From assembly GCA_002297045.1 (NCBI GenBank), contig DBJE01000013.1:272509-336508 (forward strand): 64,000 nucleotides of DNA. Reading direction: 5' to 3'. The translations under genes were made by a program, and so were the position numbers. This document shows positions 17,770 through 25,899 of this stretch, piece by piece. The notes under the pieces are model-generated. The model was not told the DNA's origin and did no database searches. It worked only from the letters and a program-made list of their open reading frames with translations. How positions within the stretch are numbered: the first letter of the stretch is position 1; the number at the start of each line of letters is the position of its first letter. The stretch is from Bacillales bacterium UBA784 (lineage in GTDB: Bacteria; Bacillota_I; Bacilli_A; RFN20; CAG-288).

Positions 17770-19077
17770 ATGATTAGGAAGACTAAAGTACTTCAGGGAA
17801 GGATGAGAGTGTCTACCGAGCCGACCATCTCGCTTAAGCTCCCTCCCTTCCTTTATATCGAAGCGACGAATGCAAACTGTCCGAAGGCCGACATCTATGT
17901 CCAGCCTGGCGATCAGGTCAAGCTTTACCAGGTTATCGGAAGGCGGCACGGGAAAGGGTTTGACTTACCTATCCATGCCACCTGTTCGGGAACCTATTCC
18001 GGACTGGAAAAGCATTACTATCGGAACGGGAAAAGGGTCGAGTTCAGGAAGATCGAGAACGATGGAAAGGATACTTCTGATCCCGGCTTTGGAAAAGAGC
18101 GTTCCGATGAGGAAGTCTCAAACCTCACCAAAAAGGACAGGGCCGAAATCTTGAAAAACACCGGCTCTGTCGGACTTGGCGGCTCCTGCTATCCTACTTA
18201 TCTCCGTTTTGAATCCGATAAGAAAATCGATACCATCCTGGTTAATGCCGTAGAAAGCGAGCCCTTTGTCTCTGCTGACCATACTCTTGCCCTTGATGAA
18301 AGGGAAAGCGTCATCAAGGGGACAAAGTTACTTAGGCAGGCTTTCTCCTGCCCTAAGGCGGTAATCTGCTTCAAGAAGAAAGACCAAGACCTGCTCCAGG
18401 CCTATGGACAATATCTTTCGGCAAACCAGACTTCTGCCATTTCGGCTAGGACAGTAAGCAATGACTATCCTCAGGGATGGGAGAACGCTCTTGTCAAATC
18501 CGTTACCGGGAAAGTCATCCCTCTAGGTCATCTTCCTAGGGAATACGGAGTCAGGAACTTCAATATTGCCACGGTTGTCAGCATCTATAACGCCATCAAA
18601 TATAACCTTCCTACCATCGAACGTCTGGTTTCCGTTTCCGGCAACGGCGTAAGGAATCCTGCAAACGTGAAGGTCCGAGTCGGTGCTCCGGTCAAATACG
18701 TGATTGCCGCCTGCGGAGGTTATAGCCTTGGCGCAAAGAAGGTTCTTGTTCTTGGCGGCCCTAGGTCGGGGACTTCCCTTCCTAGCGATGATGCCATTGT
18801 CACTAGGGACGTTCCTTCTATCCTCGTCTTCAATGATAAGAAGGTGAAAGTCTCACCTTGCATCCGCTGCGGATCCTGTGTGATGTCCTGTCCTGTCGGC
18901 CTTCAGCCGGTTACCATCAGGAACACGAGGAACACAAGGCCTGTCGACCGGGAAAAAATTAAGCTTCTCCATCCTCAGGATTGCATCGGCTGCGGCCTAT
19001 GCTCCTATTCCTGCACGAGCCATATCGATGTCATGTCTTCCGTCGCCCGTGCCAAAGTCATTGCGAGGTTAAAGTAA
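17770..19077 (+). CDS. rnfC: RnfC paralog 2
   Basis: GSVGLGGSCYPTY. Ferredoxin motifs are CIRCGSCVMSCP and CIGCGLCSYSCT. It is collinear with paralog 1. Confidence 0.85.
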   Translation: MIRKTKVLQGRMRVSTEPTISLKLPPFLYIEATNANCPKADIYVQPGDQVKLYQVIGRRHGKGFDLPIHATCSGTYSGLEKHYYRNGKRVEFRKIENDGKDTSDPGFGKERSDEEVSNLTKKDRAEILKNTGSVGLGGSCYPTYLRFESDKKIDTILVNAVESEPFVSADHTLALDERESVIKGTKLLRQAFSCPKAVICFKKKDQDLLQAYGQYLSANQTSAISARTVSNDYPQGWENALVKSVTGKVIPLGHLPREYGVRNFNIATVVSIYNAIKYNLPTIERLVSVSGNGVRNPANVKVRVGAPVKYVIAACGGYSLGAKKVLVLGGPRSGTSLPSDDAIVTRDVPSILVFNDKKVKVSPCIRCGSCVMSCPVGLQPVTIRNTRNTRPVDREKIKLLHPQDCIGCGLCSYSCTSHIDVMSSVARAKVIARLK

Positions 19078-19078
19078 T

Positions 19079-20224
19079 ATGGAATTCGTCAAAGTTAGTG
19101 GTCCCTTTATCCGCCGGAAGGATTCGGTCTCCCGGAGGATGCTGGATGTTTTAATCGCTCTTCTTCCTGTCGTCATCGCTGCCTTTGTCTACTATCCTAT
19201 CCCTGCCCTTCGCAACATCTCCCTTTCCATTTTGACAAGGTTACTCTGTGAACTTGTCTTTGTCCTGATTTATCATCGCATTCCTTATGACGGAGAGAAG
19301 CACACCTTTAAACAGTGGTGGGATAATTTTAGAAAGTCTTTTACCCTCAATAACATTACGGTTCCTCTTGTCTCGGGTGTCATTTATGGCTTAAGGAGGC
19401 CTGTTGCCACAAAAGACAATCCCAATTTCATCTACTATCCGCTTATCATCGGAGCAATTTTCGGCAGGGTGATTGGTAAGCTTATCTTCGGCGGAACAGG
19501 AAAGAACATCTTCAATCCTGCCCTTGTCGGTTGGGTCTTCGCCAAACTCTGCTTTGGAAGCCATTACGATTATCCTTCTGCCAGTAAGTTCCTCTCCAAT
19601 GAAATCTTCACTGGTGCGACAAGCCTTGACCCTTCCCATTTCTCCCTTGCCAATAAGGTCTATTCCATCAATTCCTCTGCCCTGCTCGACAGGTTCCTCG
19701 GAAAGAGGACCGGCCTTGTCGGAGAGACCTGTAAAATCGCCATCCTTGTCGGGCTTGTCTATCTTATCGTCCGTCATACGATTGACTGGCGTATTCCGGC
19801 TAGGTACCTTGGAACGGTCGCCTTTAGGTCACTGATTCTCGGCACCATCATTTTCGGGGCCAACAAGTCCACTCTTTCTGCTTCCTATCCTTTTGTCTTC
19901 AGGACCTACCAGCTTTTAAGCGGCGGCTTACTCTTTGGGGCGGTCTTCAGGGCGACGGATCCCGTCACTTCCCCGCTCACCCATCCTGACCGTCTGATCT
20001 ATGGCGCCTTCCTTGGCGTCTGCACGAGGATCATCCGTCTTTTCGGTTCCCTTCCGGAAGGTACTGCCTTCTCGATTCTGATGGGCAATGCCCTGACTCC
20101 GGTCATCGGCTACTATAAATGGTCGACTACCCGATATACCTGGAAGAATCTGACCCTGCTTGCTTCAGTCATCCTCGTTCCGACCCTGATTAGGATCTGG
20201 GCAGGATGCAGGAGGGTTTTCTAA
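19079..20224 (+). CDS. rnfD: RnfD paralog 2
   Basis: Motifs are GTGKNIFNPALVGWVF, FTGATSLDP (covalent-FMN motif) and F(AGG)ATDPVTSP. Confidence 0.85.
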   Translation: MEFVKVSGPFIRRKDSVSRRMLDVLIALLPVVIAAFVYYPIPALRNISLSILTRLLCELVFVLIYHRIPYDGEKHTFKQWWDNFRKSFTLNNITVPLVSGVIYGLRRPVATKDNPNFIYYPLIIGAIFGRVIGKLIFGGTGKNIFNPALVGWVFAKLCFGSHYDYPSASKFLSNEIFTGATSLDPSHFSLANKVYSINSSALLDRFLGKRTGLVGETCKIAILVGLVYLIVRHTIDWRIPARYLGTVAFRSLILGTIIFGANKSTLSASYPFVFRTYQLLSGGLLFGAVFRATDPVTSPLTHPDRLIYGAFLGVCTRIIRLFGSLPEGTAFSILMGNALTPVIGYYKWSTTRYTWKNLTLLASVILVPTLIRIWAGCRRVF

Positions 20225-21673
20225 ATGAAATCGAAAATTCTTAAAGTCTCGGTTACCTTAGCCGTGATTGCCGGCGTGTCCGCCGGTCTTATCGGTCTTG
20301 TCAATGCCATTACCGAACCGGTGATTGCCGCCAATGCCTTAAAGAAAGTCGAACAACAGAAAAAAGTTCCCTTTGGAAACGAGGTTGACATCGCCGAAAC
20401 GGAAAACGATCTTAGCTCATACAAGCTAACCTACGTAAAGAAGAGCTGGGATGCTTCACAGGGCGGAAACAAGATCGGAACCCTCTTTCAGGCGGAAGGA
20501 ACCAATCAGTATGGTTCCGTCTCCCTTCTTATCGGGGTCTACACCGATGGCAGTCTGACGGATAGGTCCATTCTGGAAAACACCGAATCCTATAAGACGA
20601 CCTTGGAAGACAACTATATTTCCGTCTATAACCAAGCTGCCAAGGAGAACAAGAAACAGGCCCTAGGTCAGATAAAATGCGGTGCGACCTTCGGAGCTAC
20701 CTTAATCAATAATAGGGTCACCGAGGCCGAGGACCTTGCTTCCGGCAAGGGTTCCTCCGTCACGGCCGGACTTCCTCAGGAGGCGCTTAATCTCTTCGGC
20801 GATCAGGCGGACAACTATTCCGAAGACTCTCTTTCTGCCTATAAGCTCACCTATGTTCAGAATGCCTACACTGCCAATAAGGGAGATAGTAAAGTCGGAA
20901 GGATTTATTCTTCCGCCCTGAAAGCGGACAATGAGACGATTCCGGTCTACCTAGCCATCGACAAGGATAACCAGTATGGGAATAGGTGCTTTGGACCGGA
21001 TTACACGGCTTCTTCCTCGGCCGAAGGCTTTGTCTCCGGATTCAATTCCGCCAAGGACAAAAAGGCCTATCTCGATTCCCTTAAAGGAAACGGAAGCTCG
21101 GACGATGACATTACGGCCGGCCCTACCTGGCCCTATGATGCCAATAAGGATGATGAGGATTCTTCCTCTTCCTCTGCGGCCTTGGATGCCGCGCAGACTG
21201 CCCTTCAGGGCTTTGCCAAGGAGGCGAGGACAATCAGTGACGGAACGGCGACAAGGGATACCCGGTTTGCCTGTTTTGATTCCGGAGAGGTCGATGCCTT
21301 CACCCAGATTAGCAATGCAACCGGGACCTTTATCCAGAAAATCGACAAGGCTACCAAGGGCGGAAAGGATGTCGCCTATGTCTATGACCTAAAGGGTGAA
21401 AACGATACCCAGGGCGGAAAGAAACACAGGGAAATCTCCTTTGCCGTTTATATCGGCGGGGCCCTTGGTAAGATTGCCGTCATCGAAAACGGTCAGACGC
21501 CCAGCTACTATGGAAGGATTAAGAGTAAGTTCATCGATGCCTTTAATACTTCTTCCGACCGGAAAGCCTTCCTGAATCAGAATAGGCAGGAAATTGTCGC
21601 CGGCGCTTCCTCCGGTGCTGACCTCCTTGTCAACAGGAGGAAGGAAGCCATTTTGGATGCGGAGGCCCGTTAA
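20225..21673 (+). CDS. rnfG: enlarged RnfG paralog 2 (482 aa, multi-module FMN-binding subunit)
   Basis: N-terminal TM anchor (VSVTLAVIAGVSAGLIGLV). There are three FMN_bind-like modules beginning SYKLTYVKKSW, AYKLTYVQNAY and FIQKIDKATKGG. Modules 1 and 3 end in IKCGATFGA and VAGASSGA. Module 2 has a degenerate ITAGPT. Confidence 0.7.
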   Translation: MKSKILKVSVTLAVIAGVSAGLIGLVNAITEPVIAANALKKVEQQKKVPFGNEVDIAETENDLSSYKLTYVKKSWDASQGGNKIGTLFQAEGTNQYGSVSLLIGVYTDGSLTDRSILENTESYKTTLEDNYISVYNQAAKENKKQALGQIKCGATFGATLINNRVTEAEDLASGKGSSVTAGLPQEALNLFGDQADNYSEDSLSAYKLTYVQNAYTANKGDSKVGRIYSSALKADNETIPVYLAIDKDNQYGNRCFGPDYTASSSAEGFVSGFNSAKDKKAYLDSLKGNGSSDDDITAGPTWPYDANKDDEDSSSSSAALDAAQTALQGFAKEARTISDGTATRDTRFACFDSGEVDAFTQISNATGTFIQKIDKATKGGKDVAYVYDLKGENDTQGGKKHREISFAVYIGGALGKIAVIENGQTPSYYGRIKSKFIDAFNTSSDRKAFLNQNRQEIVAGASSGADLLVNRRKEAILDAEAR

Positions 21674-21675
21674 TT

Positions 21676-22476
21676 ATGATTGCGGATAAAAATGTTTCGG
21701 CTGTCAGCCAGCCTAGTGAAATGCCGGCAAAGAAAGCAAAACCGAAGAGCGAATCCTCTCTTCGCCATAAGGCTGCCTTTGTCACCGGTATCTTTAAGAA
21801 CAACCCACTCTTCGTCGCCGTTTTAGGAACCTGCCCGGCCTTAGCCGTCACGACCTCCTTGGAGGTTGCCCTTGGCATGGGCCTTCTCTTCACCTTCGTC
21901 CTTGTCTGTTCCAACGTTCTGATTTCCGCCCTTCGTAAGCTCATCCCCGAGGAAATCGAGATTCCTGCCTATATCGTCATCATCGCCGCCTTTGTGACCG
22001 TCGTCAAAAGGAGGACGAACGCCTTCATACCGGAACTGTACTCCTCCCTTGGCGTCTTTCTTTCCCTGATTGTCGTCAACTGCGTCGTCCTTGGGCGGGC
22101 AGAGGCTTTTGCCAAATATAACGGAGTCCTTGACTCCCTTCTTGACGGCCTTGGAAACGGCATCGGCTATACTCTGGCCATTTCTATCATCGGCCTCATC
22201 CGGGAAATCCTCGGCTCTGGTTCCATCACAATCGGCAAGGTCTTTACCTTTATCCATGGAAGCAACAATAGTCCTATTGTCCTTCCGATTCTGAAAGGGA
22301 CCGGATACGACTTCTCCATGTCCGTCTTTACCAATGCCGCAGGCGGCTTTATCGTCTTCGGTCTTGTCTTATTTATCATCAACATCATCACCATGCATAA
22401 GAACAACAAAAAGAAATTCGCCAGGAAGAAGGCTAGGCTCACCGCCGCCTCTCTTAGCGGAAAGAAAGGAGCCTAA
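21676..22476 (+). CDS. rnfE: RnfE paralog 2 (canonical)
   Basis: FKNNPLFVAVLGTCPALAVTTSLE and LGVFLSLIVVNCVVLGRAEAFA are hallmark RnfE/NqrD motifs, with both conserved Cys present. Confidence 0.85.
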   Translation: MIADKNVSAVSQPSEMPAKKAKPKSESSLRHKAAFVTGIFKNNPLFVAVLGTCPALAVTTSLEVALGMGLLFTFVLVCSNVLISALRKLIPEEIEIPAYIVIIAAFVTVVKRRTNAFIPELYSSLGVFLSLIVVNCVVLGRAEAFAKYNGVLDSLLDGLGNGIGYTLAISIIGLIREILGSGSITIGKVFTFIHGSNNSPIVLPILKGTGYDFSMSVFTNAAGGFIVFGLVLFIINIITMHKNNKKKFARKKARLTAASLSGKKGA

Positions 22477-22481
22477 GGAAT

Positions 22482-23120
22482 ATGTCTCAGGCCACACCTT
22501 ACATCGTAACCTTCCTGCTTGCCATTCTGACGGACAGGCTCGTCAATAACGTCGTCCTCAGCCGTTTCTACGGAATCTGCGCCTTTATGGGCGTATCGAC
22601 GAAGGTCAAGAACTCCCTTTCGATGGGACTTGCCGTCGTCTTCGTCATCGTCCTTGCTTCCTTAATCTGTTGGCCGCTTTACTACTTCGTCCTTGTCCCC
22701 TGCCAGATCACCTTCAGGGATACCCTTACCTACATCTTAGTCATTGCCTCCCTTGTCCAGATTGTCGGAAGGTTCATCAAGAAGTTCTCTCCTTCCCTCT
22801 ATAAGGCATTTGGTATCTATCTCCCCTTGATTACGACAAACTGTGCCGTCCTTGGCGTCGTACAGGAGAACACCGCTGTTGCCCTTGAGGCAAATGCCAC
22901 TGCCCTTGAAAGGGCCCAGAACTTCGGTAAGTGCAGGGCAAATGCCCTAGGTACCTCTCTTGGCTACCTCATCAGGATTGTCATCTTCGCCTGTATCCGC
23001 GAGCGGAGGAAGGAGAACACTTCTTCGACTCCTAAGGCCCTTCGGGGAACGGCAGAAGCCCTGATTGTCGCCGGAATCATGGCGATTGCCATCATGGGCT
23101 TAAGGGGAATCGGTGCTTAA
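22482..23120 (+). CDS. rnfA: RnfA paralog 2 (canonical)
   Basis: NNVVLSRFYGICAFMGVSTK and YLPLITTNCAVLGV are hallmark RnfA/NqrE motifs with both conserved Cys. The C-terminal ACIRER motif is also present. Confidence 0.85.
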   Translation: MSQATPYIVTFLLAILTDRLVNNVVLSRFYGICAFMGVSTKVKNSLSMGLAVVFVIVLASLICWPLYYFVLVPCQITFRDTLTYILVIASLVQIVGRFIKKFSPSLYKAFGIYLPLITTNCAVLGVVQENTAVALEANATALERAQNFGKCRANALGTSLGYLIRIVIFACIRERRKENTSSTPKALRGTAEALIVAGIMAIAIMGLRGIGA

Positions 23121-23379
23121 ACTACTTCTTTCCCGGCCTTTGCAGATCACTTTCGGCATTCTCTTTGTCCTTCTTCTTGTCGGTGTGTTTCTTCTTGTCT
23201 GTGTCCTCAACCACCGCACACCGGTTCCGAAAGGATGCGAGAAGCTAAGACCGGATGCCAATCAGTGTGCAGGCTGTCAGCTCTTCTCTTCCTGTCCGAT
23301 CCATCGTGTTCCGGACAAGGAGACGAAGCCTCAGAAAAAGAACAGGGCTGAAACTAAGGAGAAAAAAGATCATGAATAA
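23113..23379 (+). CDS. small membrane-anchored Cys-rich protein (88 aa)
   Basis: GTG start overlapping the rnfA stop, with AAGGGG 6 nt upstream. It has one TM helix (ITFGILFVLLLVGVFLLVCVL), then C-x9-C-x2-C-x5-C (GCEKLRPDANQCAGCQLFSSCP), then a Lys-rich tail. The function is unknown. Confidence 0.45.
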   Translation: MLKLLLSRPLQITFGILFVLLLVGVFLLVCVLNHRTPVPKGCEKLRPDANQCAGCQLFSSCPIHRVPDKETKPQKKNRAETKEKKDHE

Positions 23380-23701
23380 ATACGTAATTGCTTTAATCGC
23401 CCTTGCCGTGCTCCTTTTCATCGGAGCCATCCTTGGCGTCCTTCTCACGATTGCAAGCAAGACGCTTGCGGTGAAGGAAGATCCTCGGATCAAGGTCGTG
23501 GAAAGCAGGCTTCCGAATGCAAACTGCGGAAACTGCGGATATCCCGGCTGCCATGAACTTGCCGCTGCCCTTGTCTCCGGTGAGGAGACGAAGGTCACGA
23601 AGTGCAAGGTCGGGAACAAGGAAAAGAACTTCATTCCGATTATCAACTATCTTAAGGAACACCCGGGAGAAGACGGCAATAGCCACGTTCCTAGTCTGTA
23701 A
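23372..23701 (+). CDS. rnfB: RnfB-like protein, N-terminal module only (TM anchor plus Cys-cluster domain, no polyferredoxin domains)
   Basis: The start is taken at ATG 23372 (AAGGAG upstream) within ORF 23255..23701. MNKYVIALIALAVLLFIGAILGVLL... LPNANCGNCGYPGCHELAAALVSGEETKVTKCKVG matches the RnfB N-terminal Fe-S motif (LP..NCG.CG..GC..(Y/L)A.A...G......C). The protein ends after 109 aa. Confidence 0.7.
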   Translation: MNKYVIALIALAVLLFIGAILGVLLTIASKTLAVKEDPRIKVVESRLPNANCGNCGYPGCHELAAALVSGEETKVTKCKVGNKEKNFIPIINYLKEHPGEDGNSHVPSL

Positions 23702-23715
23702 CGAGGAAGAAAAAA

Positions 23716-23739
23716 GGGGGCCTGGCGGCCTCCTTTTTT
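23716..23739. terminator. bidirectional hairpin terminator between convergent rnfB-like and LD-carboxypeptidase genes
   Basis: AAAAA-GGGGGCC-tggc-GGCCTCC-TTTTTT (7-bp stem with one G:U), with A/T runs on both sides. Confidence 0.65.
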
Positions 23740-24739
23740 AGTCCCTGTAACGGATGAATAGATTATTATCCTTGTAGGAAACAAGAGCCGTGGCCCCGTT
23801 TTTGAAGGGAAGGGATGGAGGGATATGTCCAAGGTCTACGTTGAGGAGAATCGGTTTTTTTAGGTCGGCCAATGCGCTTAAGACTGCCTTATCGGCGTCA
23901 AGTCCCCTGACTTCCCTTTTCTGGCATAGCGGACGCCCAATGAGGAATAGACTGACTTTTTCAAACCAGTGGGCGTGTCTTAGCTGAAAGAGGCCGCGAT
24001 AAATCTGCCTTGGGTTAAGATCGCAGGACTCAAGATAGAAGATAAGTCCATGCTTTGCCTCTTCCCCAAAGCGGCTTACTCTGTCAAACTCTGTCCCGCA
24101 GAGCGTCAATAGGCAGTCTAGGCAGCCTCCTATCCTGACGCCTTTGACCGGCGAAGAGTACCTATAGGGAGTAATGATCTTCTTTTCCTTCCTAGCTAAG
24201 GGGGCTAAAGGGTTATCCGTTTCCCTAGGCGGGGAAAAGAAGGGATAGCCCTTGAACTCTTTTTCCCCTTTTAGCCTTCTTAGGGCGTCCTTTTCGCTAT
24301 AGGAGGGAGGGTAAGAGAAAAAGGAGGGTGCGTTAGAGGAATAGACTGTCCTGACCTTGGACAAGGTGGTAAGAAGAAAGGCAAGGTTTGTATTGTCGCT
24401 TGATCCCCTGAACCACTTTGGCTTCAGGCCTTCGATGAAGGAAAAGTCAAGGTAAGGGAGAATGTCCCTTTCCCTCTCTCCTCCACCGACGGAGAGAAGG
24501 AGGGAGGAATCGCTCTGATAGGCATCGAGGAATTCCTCTGCCCGCTCTTTCCCTCCGGAAGAGGCGAGAAGACCTTCGGCACGGTAAACGTTCTTTCCAA
24601 GATGAACTTTATATCCTAGTCTCTTGAATGTGTTAAGAGAATGGGAAAAACGGGTGATATAAGGCTCACTTGTTATTCCGAAAGATGGTGCAATAAGGGA
24701 GATATCCTCTCCCCCTTTAAGGAACGGGGGCTGTTTCAT
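23738..24739 (-). CDS. LD-carboxypeptidase (peptidase S66, LdcA/MccF-like)
   Basis: ISLIAPSFG..., the nucleophile motif RGSSDNTNL (G(Y/F)SD.T.L), and the C-terminal NVDLGHIPPSLPFKNGA (fGH....lP.G) are as in the S66 family. Confidence 0.7.
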   Translation of the reverse strand: MKQPPFLKGGEDISLIAPSFGITSEPYITRFSHSLNTFKRLGYKVHLGKNVYRAEGLLASSGGKERAEEFLDAYQSDSSLLLSVGGGERERDILPYLDFSFIEGLKPKWFRGSSDNTNLAFLLTTLSKVRTVYSSNAPSFFSYPPSYSEKDALRRLKGEKEFKGYPFFSPPRETDNPLAPLARKEKKIITPYRYSSPVKGVRIGGCLDCLLTLCGTEFDRVSRFGEEAKHGLIFYLESCDLNPRQIYRGLFQLRHAHWFEKVSLFLIGRPLCQKREVRGLDADKAVLSALADLKKPILLNVDLGHIPPSLPFKNGATALVSYKDNNLFIRYRD

Positions 24740-24861
24740 GTTTTTATTTTATCATGGGAGAGAACGGAAACAAAAGAGTGGGTCCTTTTTGCCTGGCAAA
24801 AGCAGGAAGAAGAGGAGAAAAAAGGAGGGAAAGAGGAGTCTTTCTCCTTTTTTCGTTTATA

Positions 24862-25776
24862 ATGATGAAAGAAGCAGGCATGAATATGATTCTTGTTATC
24901 GGTGAAATCCTAGTCGATAGGATTGGGGAGAAGAAGAAGGGTGCTCTTTCCCTCACGGCAAAAAGGGGAGGGGCTCCGTTGAATGTGGCAAGCGACCTTG
25001 CCGATTTGAAATGTGAATCCTTTTTCTATGGTGTAATCGGAAAGGACATTTTAGGGCGCTTTCTTCTTTCCTCGCTCAAGGAATGTTCCCCTTTCCTTCA
25101 TTATTCCCTAGGCGAACGGGCGGATAGAGAGACAAGTATTGCCTTCTATAGGAAGGAAGATAGTTCCTTCCAATTTATCCGGAAACAGGGTGCCGATTTC
25201 TCTTTTTCCCTTAAGGAAAGGAACTCCCTTCCTTATCAGAAGGCGAAAAGGATCCATTTCGGTTCTCTCTTCCTTTCTTCGCCTGAAGCTAGAAAAACAA
25301 TCCTTTCCTTTGCCGGAAAGAGGAAGAAAAAAGGCAAGATCCTTTCTTTTGATGTCAATTTCCGAAGCGATATCTTCGCCAAGGGGGAAAACTTTGTTCC
25401 TTATTATCAGGAAAGGATATCCCTATGCGACATCGTCAAGTTCACTAAAGAGGAAATGCTCATGCTTTCGAAAAAGCCGGACAGGGAAGAGGCAAGGAAG
25501 TTTTATTCTTCCTCGGTGAAGAGGATTCTTGTCACGGACGGGGAAGAAGGCTCCTTTGCCTTCTACAAGGGAAAGAAGTTCCGTCAGCCGGTTAAAAAGG
25601 TCAAGCCTAAGGATACAATCGGTGCCGGGGATTCCTTTAGGGCCGGGTGTCTTTCTTTCCTAGCGGAAAAGGACAGGGATTCTCTTACCGAGGAGGATAT
25701 TTCCTTAAGGCTGAAGAGAGGAAACGGGTGCGGAAGAAAGACCTGCCTTATAAGCGGTGCGCTGCATGCCTACTAA
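24862..25776 (+). CDS. PfkB-family carbohydrate kinase (fructokinase-like)
   Basis: ILVIGEILVDRIG... and the C-terminal DTIGAGDSFRAG are PfkB signature motifs. The start is ambiguous (ATG 24862, 24880 or 24886). Confidence 0.7.
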   Translation: MMKEAGMNMILVIGEILVDRIGEKKKGALSLTAKRGGAPLNVASDLADLKCESFFYGVIGKDILGRFLLSSLKECSPFLHYSLGERADRETSIAFYRKEDSSFQFIRKQGADFSFSLKERNSLPYQKAKRIHFGSLFLSSPEARKTILSFAGKRKKKGKILSFDVNFRSDIFAKGENFVPYYQERISLCDIVKFTKEEMLMLSKKPDREEARKFYSSSVKRILVTDGEEGSFAFYKGKKFRQPVKKVKPKDTIGAGDSFRAGCLSFLAEKDRDSLTEEDISLRLKRGNGCGRKTCLISGALHAY

Positions 25777-25865
25777 AGAGGAATGGCTATCTAGAAAAAG
25801 CAGATAGAAAGAAGAAACGGTCTTGAAGGAAAAGACCGGTTCTGTTTTGCCATTTCATTGACCGA

Positions 25866-25874
25866 TGGTATAAT
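25866..25874 (+). promoter_or_regulatory. extended -10 promoter element (TGgTATAAT)
   Basis: TGGTATAAT lies 26 nt upstream of ATG 25900. A weak hairpin terminator for the kinase gene lies just upstream (CGGTCTT-gaaggaa-AAGACCG, 25818-25838). Confidence 0.4.
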
Positions 25875-25899
25875 GTTTTTGCTTGATTGGAGATAACGT

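Noticed and set aside
7909-23120. Annotating the two CDGEA sets as Na+-NQR instead of Rnf
   Set aside because: The first gene of each set has the RnfC architecture, with a GGxG(F/Y)PT site and two CxxCxxCxxxC(P/T) motifs. No NqrA- or NqrF-like gene (2Fe-2S plus FAD/NADH domains) is present.
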